Source: Candidatus Omnitrophota bacterium
GTDB taxonomy: Bacteria; Omnitrophota; Omnitrophia; Omnitrophales; Aquincolibacteriaceae
Assembly: GCA_903856085.1 (NCBI GenBank)
Contig: CAIOAT010000016.1
Location: 8,581-72,580, forward strand
Length of the DNA stretch: 64,000 nucleotides
Direction: 5' to 3'
Shown: positions 23,201-27,130 of the stretch, piece by piece
How the letters are laid out: the number at the start of each line of letters is the position of its first letter
Position numbering within the stretch: the first letter of the stretch is position 1
The notes under the pieces: model-generated
Databases searched by the model: none
Told to the model about the DNA's origin: nothing
The model's input: the letters and a program-made list of their open reading frames with translations, nothing else
Made by a program: the position numbers and the translations under genes

Positions 23201-25985
23201 GTGTCCTCAAAGGCAATGCCGCCTTCTCCAACTTGGAACGATGCTCATTAAGACGTAAAAGCCACTCCGCCTTAAGATCTCCGATCGCCTGGCGTTTTGC
23301 GGCTGTTGACTGCGAGTTCTTGCCGGCGACTTCGCTAGCATGATCGATCGCCTCAAGGGCTGCTTCAATAATTGGGCCTTGTGATTCAAGCGTTTTCATT
23401 TCGTAGGCGGCCCCCAAGAAATCGAGGTATCGTTCACCCGCCACCTGCTGAAGTTCCAGTCCGGCTGTTTCAACCATCTGCTGCGCCAGTTCTCGCGCCA
23501 GGATATCCTGACCTTTCCAGTATTTGCTAATCTCCGCTGCAAGGGATAACACCGCACTGGCCGCCGAATCCAAACCGATCCCCGTTAATTGTATCTGCCC
23601 AAGATTCGGCAAAGTTCCTTCGACGCCAAGCCCAAGCACCGGTTTCCCATCTGCGAGACCTAGGGTAGGCATGAGAGAAATGCTCCCGGACAAACTTCTT
23701 TTTTTGGATTCCCGGATACTCACCTCAAAACGGTGTCTCAGAATGACCGGATCGCGAGTAACCAATGCTTCAGCCAGGGAGCTTTCATTCACCAGAATCG
23801 GACCGGACAGAGAAATTTCTTTTTGCGGCAAAATGTACTGACGATCCGATTCGATCTGTTGTCTCGCATGGTCACGGCCCAAATTCGCACAACCGCTGAG
23901 AATGCCTGCCATTACAACCCAAAGAACCGCCTTCATGAACGAGGAGGGCTTCCATCGGATCTCGGCGCGCGAGAACAAATTGTTTTTTCCCTGGATCGCG
24001 TCGGGGAGCAATGCCAAAAGTCCCTTCTCCGCCCCGGGAGATAGCAAGGGAGTCGGATCTAAAATGAATCCGACATGGGTATTCATTCTCTGAAATAAGA
24101 AGCTCAAAACGTGTTGCTCTAATGCTTGACGAACTTCATGCATCCCTTTGTAAAATTTCTCCGGAATGGCTGCGAATATCCGTTGTCCCTCCCCATCCAT
24201 GAATGCCGACTTTCCCGTCTGGGATCTTTGGGCCAACACGCTGTGTTCTCCCTCGGAAACATCGACCACCGCCACTTGATGTTTTTTAAGTGATCTTTCG
24301 ATCTGTCCCATAGCCGCTTCAAAATGGTCAAATGCTGGCTCTCCGACCATCTGCCTCGCCTCGGAGTGTTCCATCACGGGGAGCTGCGCGGGAGCGATCG
24401 TAGACGTCCCGGGATACCGCCCCATCAAGAGATCACTATAGGGAAGCATCTTTTCTTCCGGGTTGAAATACGGCGTCACAAGATTGAACGGTATCCCAAG
24501 CGCTTCTGTTCGCCTGAGTAGTCCTTCCTTATGGTAGCCTCCGGCAACAATCACAATGTTTCTGGTTTTATTCCCCTGTCCATTCAAAAAAAGAGGATCT
24601 TGAATCCTTTTTTTGATGATATCAAAAAAAACATCTTCGCGAGCTTCTGCCTGAGCATAAAAATCCAAAACAAGGTCGACAAGGGGCGCTATCGTCTCTT
24701 CGTGAGGGAGTGATGGCTCCCGGAGAAAGCGCTTGTAAGCCTGCACCCAGTTCTTGCGAAAATGGTCGCGAAACCGGGCCACGCACTCCCTTTTAAGTTC
24801 AAGGGAAAGCGCCTGTTTCAGGAGGAAAAAATCCTGGTAAAAGGCAAGCCATCGTCCAGCTACCGGATCACTGCGACGGAGGGTCTCATACAACCTGTTC
24901 TCGAGCGTCTGGATTTCGTCAAAAAGTCTTTCGGCTATAAGTTCGCTTTCAAATACCTGCAAAGCAAGAAACTTCCGAATCATCGGATAACGTCCCCAAG
25001 AAAGCTCCCGTGCCAAAAATTTCTCCATGATGCGTTCCGCCATAACGCGAGAAGTCACGCTTCCAGTCTGAAGTGCGCGTGACCGGAAAGTTGCATTCGA
25101 AGCGGCGCTCTCGAGCCATTCGATTTCCGATCGAGAATCCGGACCAAGCACCCGTTTAAGCTGTCCGATTTCTTTCGTGACTGCGCTACAATCCGGTGCT
25201 GTTTCCGTATTCAAAACACGGAAAAACCGAACTAGCTGAGGCCAATCTTTTTGCGTCGAAAGATCCCGCCAATCGATTCCCAAATGCTTCGAAGAGCAAT
25301 CAAAAAGAAACTTCATGTACTCGCTTAAATCATTTTGGCTTTCCTGATGAGATCTCCACATTTTCAAGAAATGGAATACCTGCGGATCAATAACTTTTTT
25401 GATATCTTGAATTAATGATGCCTCCACCTGATCAAGAAACTCTCGAATCTCACCATGGTTGCGCATAACGGCCCGGTAAGTTTCGAGGTTCTTTCGGTAA
25501 AGCCCTGCCTCCTCAATCCCGTACACGCGTATGCCGGAGTGATTTGCAAAGAATTGAGTGGCGCCATTAACGAATCCCGCTTGGAAAAGGCTTCCCAAAA
25601 AGATCCTGTTCTTTTCATCATCCTGGAAAGGCTTCAGAGCCTCGGGAGACAGAGGGCCTGATGCACCTTCAATAAAAAGCATATCGAGTTTCTTTTGCTC
25701 TAGAAGGGACTCTAGTATCTTCGTAATATTCTTTTGAGCCTCTTCCGAAGCATGCGCATCTTGGATATGGTAGAAACTGAAAGGCACGGACCTTTCCGGG
25801 GGCGGGGACTTTTCAAGGCTTCCTACTTTGGGGGATAAAAAAACGGGGGCTTCGGCAACAGCGCCGGTATAAAAATATGCCGTCACAGCACGCACTTCTT
25901 GGGAAGGAAAAATGGTTTCAAAAACAAAAATGGCCACAACAGCAAATGCTACGATCCGGATCAATTTGCTTTTCTTGGCTTTCAT
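14280..25985 (-). CDS. Giant multi-module envelope protein or polyprotein (3,901 aa from ATG 25985; the frame is open from TTG 26015 = 3,911 aa)
   Basis: A single uninterrupted frame of 11.7 kb. The N-terminus is MKAKKSKLIRIVAFAVVAIFVFETIFPSQEVRA (signal anchor). The modules are listed as separate features below. Confidence 0.8.
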   Translation of the reverse strand: MKAKKSKLIRIVAFAVVAIFVFETIFPSQEVRAVTAYFYTGAVAEAPVFLSPKVGSLEKSPPPERSVPFSFYHIQDAHASEEAQKNITKILESLLEQKKLDMLFIEGASGPLSPEALKPFQDDEKNRIFLGSLFQAGFVNGATQFFANHSGIRVYGIEEAGLYRKNLETYRAVMRNHGEIREFLDQVEASLIQDIKKVIDPQVFHFLKMWRSHQESQNDLSEYMKFLFDCSSKHLGIDWRDLSTQKDWPQLVRFFRVLNTETAPDCSAVTKEIGQLKRVLGPDSRSEIEWLESAASNATFRSRALQTGSVTSRVMAERIMEKFLARELSWGRYPMIRKFLALQVFESELIAERLFDEIQTLENRLYETLRRSDPVAGRWLAFYQDFFLLKQALSLELKRECVARFRDHFRKNWVQAYKRFLREPSLPHEETIAPLVDLVLDFYAQAEAREDVFFDIIKKRIQDPLFLNGQGNKTRNIVIVAGGYHKEGLLRRTEALGIPFNLVTPYFNPEEKMLPYSDLLMGRYPGTSTIAPAQLPVMEHSEARQMVGEPAFDHFEAAMGQIERSLKKHQVAVVDVSEGEHSVLAQRSQTGKSAFMDGEGQRIFAAIPEKFYKGMHEVRQALEQHVLSFLFQRMNTHVGFILDPTPLLSPGAEKGLLALLPDAIQGKNNLFSRAEIRWKPSSFMKAVLWVVMAGILSGCANLGRDHARQQIESDRQYILPQKEISLSGPILVNESSLAEALVTRDPVILRHRFEVSIRESKKRSLSGSISLMPTLGLADGKPVLGLGVEGTLPNLGQIQLTGIGLDSAASAVLSLAAEISKYWKGQDILARELAQQMVETAGLELQQVAGERYLDFLGAAYEMKTLESQGPIIEAALEAIDHASEVAGKNSQSTAAKRQAIGDLKAEWLLRLNEHRSKLEKAALPLRTLYGQNILGCATFSNALNYVRFPEGWTITTDQRIALGLKATSKEGVKLPANRELALAYEARLTAATAARLAARENGYSIGLKGFNYFDSYGTKVPDVFNTRVVPEAKQRTEDQQAVGLGGKVTFGGAERANREIALLETRVAEAELLTVHDKIEEKIAGLLQTIVAENETIRIAEAENARIDGYLKKARGAGVTEDRLIVDALKIPSNQIQILFSRKAATLAAKELQVLTRDVKGLPQVLLGRSEIRNQRSKLAHLKQITPAAMGTAGFSAATLGLAFILKPHLQNASWHSLVLSLGVSIAWAGMIAAYCVWMQDYLRHGFRGVFMKTFWKDSRKAAAPASLFALFFTVYYALIGKLNLSPWLDVWSEIVLKTMGDALINFYIFYPLMLWKYYTNIYPENNFESLRLFKSHGSFKESRRQLLLWFLPVEGMAMIINKLVSPYLSELVILTGDIAFSWVALKMIKKIHLGVLISEAFRRSNVDSKLSRHRFSREKAASGRSEPGSVKAQIVVRSEARSNYLDPVMNKEILGEALKRAEVLLQLNLSDCGTVRALAHHAIVSLIDGGLLDDADAMIPTSMLAVSLELMTSAKGAIRIPAEQAMAAWALAWGLIYGKERNGGVTFADLESVRNDLGQAKDLPDTLVPYALAAKAIESFEMNFTSSALSGLNVRIREYIELNTRESKLRAEEKEEASAIAAGLLMQAYRSFKKGVTRFEMRSAASLSAKHIEAFGPETKVAGLVYRVDLGKIVLEMSPELQGFLRRGHKLGINGTLFHVKTNQNAPPIADIQIVLGFSRKVFSWRLVGSKTIPDELRDWLNAQVVSEKVWTTKGFTDLRASETWVEPLNVITGANFFGLGIAPQRSEVRRKLGIHFLLKIMGGFLLGAFLMASSALAQTNELAIQKLVGKQMITENMKGAQLLMQRGVPSSTVTFLGKDLQGAKFLKTERKGIWTLRKETKNPYEATFVVVPQHQGYFRIVSLEGASSVPENGHSSKVSRAYISPVAAASSVLSDRVSADGPSSALPTTAESPKISEADHATSNPQSVSPDSSVIEILGVGNVDGRETLADAVSQGEQVMTSSGAKEKLTKKDFSGIPFQSPAGTANALNVTNEEASVKEPSSVASASLVSDRTEVKPVFEEQHSVANTATVLYTGKGQAIVNPPGAVMLKAPLTADKMTYAVKPGDVVKKGDLLARGEDTERDNRTQFLEDRIRELGGLVARGEKDAGTLDRDTIFQYQFERIEHQLELAQLKAEAEADILVSPRPAIVQTLDQGPATAGSYAVGIVPLDEGVIKIALPPGYSGADDIELSVNGHSVNVLDWEASHFDLAKGVDGEFILTVHFSFPSSTSLPAHGASCAYDIKLIKDNTPSVESLGLHHNAGFHTTIPSSQFIPVGVPPVPGIDAGIFRATVRDGQTVKAGDSLGEWIPVGQGGQLKIARQLETLARTMRKANQDFRTLPESSLQDYEKRAQRAVAGIQRSGLPILLKAPVGGRVLGVTALDGQTLAAGQVTKAGIVNKEVFLGTSVDPRSAEWTGRLSNEDPFLLPVETGSVKTGDKVSVVTSRGVLMGTVYAVIPLANSSQWLLGEREGVVIRSDDTEGILGEGSVADIAFDGSAKASAWAKKKGDLVERKSPPLRLIDSIPASVQEQFQMHPGQKIGVLGLLELVREEQNPTQRAALLRYFMNPFGARYISWRFFPVLALVLLVWNLPKLFFALMKKRGHEKFFRRDSVESLEILFDEAGKIGMRLKRNANKQRAVRGDDVDMRVFQEIVEPLQAWTRLLLENEHLGSGERDMITTKASELAQHPLLRFSREHFEDLSEMWKPDTHSLVKIRGILARLSILTAQTASRQFQATRGTGNDIEEQEVLRFLEKSADFAENFNEGFNLSNRLIALSQVIDLYPPKLLLQDGMKFSDWQKILHNRKVLWTFSIWRLCLGVTLMVAINRWVTLNSFRRVTANMQKLGISGFENEREAMRVAKAGLHKAFHPTAELDELEGNKLDHFYGRWLGRALAVAGVAILFIVPILNLIFGLHQLLITVPTIFGVLWTLFSVWRHVGPMLRNLSGNGYGTFKREIQSLRASAKRMRNKQYEMSRPASEPRREVALSQMDDVAGENLMMAKMSRALLDENLREDVEVIILLPPKNGENRNFFETMVAQDHVLKHFRFKVAESDGLFPGNAGQFFAARDLAESLGKKLQIYWFPQPGIPLAVAMAVFKMNLAEALRMAGDFREQGVKHGEIIFPGGDLSSNVISYNNQGSQIVIDARLASLEEVETDRHPVLLGRNGSPRHDVEHVVRRPEELKGALGQYGHLFGTGLTLDNAITPQFAVPKGPMALVSRTEEERQQMEGLIDVFRKKTESLISKYGAFVVDLVEDFARVVAEFDLQLRGNTSVSPNLQRLAHNQKTFSDGQDAANPYAKIYSTMGKKLWETFRATAQKPPEVEAFVPAPSDHFFISGSNRAGILERMKRLEVSFPELANRTAVERLEGEGSLLADRQIFMFRDTRGDQIVHLPRKQGHARGLAALKVAAFVTKDGKVVFQRRSNLTSSNPGLLDLPVFEHLEPGESPEAAIQRGFLEELRDGRPLPAALTSLPVRELPPLSYEVHHEGRRQVPTTRKEDVKLFHFSLNGEFNWKEFRPGDDAVEIVALSPEDVSTMLREKRGVFTPRTYKILTTHFSAIATALAAVGPGGVLRSELREDRTSEKPPALELNPKEVTREISLQEDVTPVVSEKVRLLVAIKITEWILGPEDVKLLPRLKSLLGDASFLSESTGPDLKELLALSGDDFLAFQKGMGMFRALPQRANALNTLFLDARIGIRDEHLLLLSRLPFRVIILFERSRFPGKEAIEQKIKKMELPTGHFQLVEISDSISASILKFLRPLVTGPQYQRLDYAYVGIDRREVQKVKSCVGNLVYYDKELKSSDPEVLFSLLWYLVTSRQLFELGRKRDLWGMKDALMLVTEFLAASWRNAKAVKVAA
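15156..15665 (-). other. Giant ORF Nudix-hydrolase module (aa ~3451-3620) with a variant Nudix box
   Basis: LKVAAFVTKDGKVVFQRR...LDLPVFEHLEPGESPEAAIQRGFLEELR fits GX5EX7REUXEEXGU, except that RE is replaced by RG. The box is at nt 15477-15554. Confidence 0.6.
18336..19763 (-). other. Giant ORF module E (aa ~2085-2560): HlyD/membrane-fusion-protein-like periplasmic adaptor segments
   Basis: Lipoyl-like hairpin motifs YAVKPGDVVKKGDLLARGE and ATVRDGQTVKAGDSLGEW. Coiled-coil stretch FERIEHQLELAQLKAEAEA. Beta-barrel-like segments LKAPVGGRVLGVTALDGQTLAAGQ and VKTGDKVSVVTSRGVLMGTVYAVIP. Confidence 0.5.
19791..20213 (-). other. Ser/Pro/Ala-rich low-complexity linker (aa ~1935-2075)
   Basis: Sequence SPVAAASSVLSDRVSADGPSSALPTTAESPKISEADHATSNPQSVSPDSS...EPSSVASASLVS. 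Confidence 0.6.
20526..20609 (-). other. Internal Sec-type signal peptide (aa 1803-1830: RKLGIHFLLKIMGGFLLGAFLMASSALA|QT)
   Basis: A basic n-region, a hydrophobic core and an A-L-A cleavage motif, starting immediately after RSEVR. Confidence 0.55.
21672..22463 (-). other. Giant ORF module C (aa 1185-1448): roughly six-helix integral membrane module, unknown family
   Basis: Hydrophobic stretches occur near aa 1201-1217, 1226-1249, 1275-1293, 1305-1327, 1356-1376 and 1381-1400. The module is bounded by RSEIR and RSEAR. Confidence 0.5.
22479..23888 (-). other. Giant ORF module B (aa 710-1179): TolC/OEP-like outer-membrane factor
   Basis: About 470 aa, the typical OMF size, with a two-fold internal organisation. 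N-terminal block SLAEALVTRDPVILRHRFEVSIRE...MPTLGL; second half LALAYEARLTAATAARLAARENGYSIGLKG. Long Ala/Glu/Leu-rich helices are present, and a lipobox precedes it as in NodT-type OMFs. Confidence 0.5.
23889..23936 (-). other. Internal lipoprotein-type signal peptide with lipobox (aa 694-709: MKAVLWVVMAGILSG|C)
   Basis: A hydrophobic core is followed by I-L-S-G-C, which matches the L-[AS]-[GA]-C lipobox. The Cys709 codon (tgt) is at 23889-23891. The signal starts 7 residues after RAEIR. Confidence 0.6.
24456..25784 (-). other. Giant ORF module A (aa ~78-520): candidate Tiki/TraB/ChaN-superfamily fold
   Basis: FYHIQDAHASEEAQKNITKILESLLEQKKLDMLFIEGASG resembles the GExH...H...E pattern. The late block RNIVIVAGGYHKEGLLRRTEALGIPF resembles the G..H block of ChaN/TraB proteins. 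This is pattern memory only. Confidence 0.35.
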
Positions 25986-26096
25986 TTTTTGCCCTTTTCC
26001 AATGGTGGAAGACAACTCTTTAAGGTTTTATAAAAGTTTTTCCTTCTGATCTCACGGAAAGCTTAACTTCGTTGTGAAAACTCTGCATCACATCCC

Positions 26097-26114
26097 GGTA
26101 AAGATAATGTAAAA
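26097..26114 (-). promoter_or_regulatory. Pho-box-like repeat 85-130 nt upstream of the giant ORF start
   Basis: Top strand has GGTAAAG (26097-26103) and TGTAAAA (26108-26114), 11 bp apart. On the gene strand this reads TTTTACA-TTAT-CTTTACC. No convincing -10 was found at the expected distance. Confidence 0.4.
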
Positions 26115-26283
26115 ACAATATTTCCGGGGGGTTAGGACCTTTTATCGTTTGATAGCTTTTGCTATCCCCCGGGAAATCCTTAACGACGAAATGCTCGAAC
26201 AGGAATCTGGGGCGCAAAGTCTGAATCTCTCTATTTGCTCTTCACTGTGCTTTTGAAATGCTCGCAGCAAGGCACATCTCTCC

Positions 26284-26337
26284 ATTTCAAAAATTTCTTG
26301 GAAACCTTCCTTTCAGAAGTGTAAAGAGTTGGTAAAG
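26284..26337 (-). promoter_or_regulatory. Pho-box-like repeat plus candidate -10 in the giant-ORF/phoB divergent region
   Basis: Top strand has TGTAAAG (26320-26326) and GGTAAAG (26331-26337), 11 bp apart. A weaker in-phase site, GTTTCCA, is at 26305-26299. A 9-nt gap follows, then TGAAAT (26289-26284) on the minus strand. The repeat is also about 100 nt upstream of phoB. Confidence 0.45.
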
Positions 26338-26390
26338 CTTCTATCTGTTACGCTGAAACAGGTTATGTCCGATTTGAAACTCCTCCGATT

Positions 26391-26419
26391 TTTCAACCTG
26401 TAACGAACTGTGGTACAAT
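26391..26419 (+). promoter_or_regulatory. Candidate sigma70-type promoter of phoB
   Basis: TTTCAA (26391-26396), a 17-nt spacer, then TACAAT (26414-26419). SD GGAG is at 26431-26434 and ATG at 26440. Confidence 0.4.
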
Positions 26420-26439
26420 GAACTAACTTTGGAGTTCAT

Positions 26440-27129
26440 ATGGCAAGCGAAACGATTCTCCTCATTGAAGACGAAAAGAACATCCTTGAGCTTGTGAAAT
26501 ACAACCTCGAGCAGGAGGGTTTTCGCGTCCTCACCGCGACCAAAGGCAACGCAGGTCTTGAGACAGCGCTTAAAGAAAAACCAGCCCTTGTGCTCCTCGA
26601 CCTCATGCTCCCGGAAATCAATGGCCTCGAGATTTGCAAAACCCTAAAACAGACCGAAAAAACACGCAGGATCCCTATCATCATGCTTACGGCCAAAGGC
26701 ACCGAGTCCGATAAAGTCGTCGGCCTCGAACTCGGCGCCGATGATTACATCACCAAACCTTTCAGCCCCCGGGAACTCGTAGCTCGCATCAAAGCCGTCC
26801 TTAGACGCTCTCAGGAAAAAGCCCCGGAAGAGATCTTGAGATCCGGAACGATCGAGCTTGACGTGACAAAGCATGAGCTGCGATTAAAAGGAAAGCCCGC
26901 CGAAATTACCGCCAAAGAATTCGAACTCTTGCGCGTACTCATGAGTTCCAAGGAACGGGTCCTGACGCGCGAGGTTCTCTTATCAAAAGTTTGGGGTTAT
27001 GAGAATTCTGTGAATATCGAAACGCGGACTGTCGACATGCACGTCGGACAGCTACGAAAAAAACTTGGCAAAGAAGCGGATCGGATCGTCACGGTTAAAA
27101 GCGTCGGCTACCGTTTCGACGGAGAATAA
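26440..27129 (+). CDS. phoB: OmpR/PhoB-family response regulator (phosphate regulon regulator)
   Basis: Receiver domain (ILLIEDEKNILELV, LVLLDLMLPE, MLTAKG) plus a winged-helix C-terminus (TRTVDMHVGQLRKKL, VKSVGYRF). It is adjacent to a PhoR-like kinase and to the pst/ppk genes. Confidence 0.8.
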   Translation: MASETILLIEDEKNILELVKYNLEQEGFRVLTATKGNAGLETALKEKPALVLLDLMLPEINGLEICKTLKQTEKTRRIPIIMLTAKGTESDKVVGLELGADDYITKPFSPRELVARIKAVLRRSQEKAPEEILRSGTIELDVTKHELRLKGKPAEITAKEFELLRVLMSSKERVLTREVLLSKVWGYENSVNIETRTVDMHVGQLRKKLGKEADRIVTVKSVGYRFDGE

Positions 27130-27130
27130 G

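Noticed and set aside
20610-24368. Internal translation starts as the explanation for the internal signal peptides
   Set aside because: Met694 and Met1814 exist, but neither has a Shine-Dalgarno sequence (the upstream sequence of Met694 is CCCTCCTCGTTC), and Met1814 would give a signal without a basic n-region. This is kept as an alternative to test, not as the preferred model.
14280-26015. Giant ORF explained by stop-codon reassignment or an alternative genetic code
   Set aside because: Reassigned stop codons would break ORFs under the standard code, not fuse them. All neighbouring genes translate normally with standard starts and stops. An assembly artefact cannot be excluded from the sequence alone, but module order and the recurring border motif argue for a genuine continuous frame.
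26020-26217. 65-codon minus-strand ORF just upstream of the giant ORF
   Set aside because: It has a TTG start without an SD, and a Pho-box-like repeat (26097-26114) sits in its middle. It is more likely untranslated leader than a gene.
26398-26414. E. coli-style Pho-box look-alike CTGTAAC-GAA-CTGTGGT upstream of phoB
   Set aside because: The repeats are 10 bp apart rather than 11, and the second one abuts the TACAAT -10, leaving no room for the usual box-to-(-10) gap. The CTTTACA-type repeats are the better-supported motif in this window.
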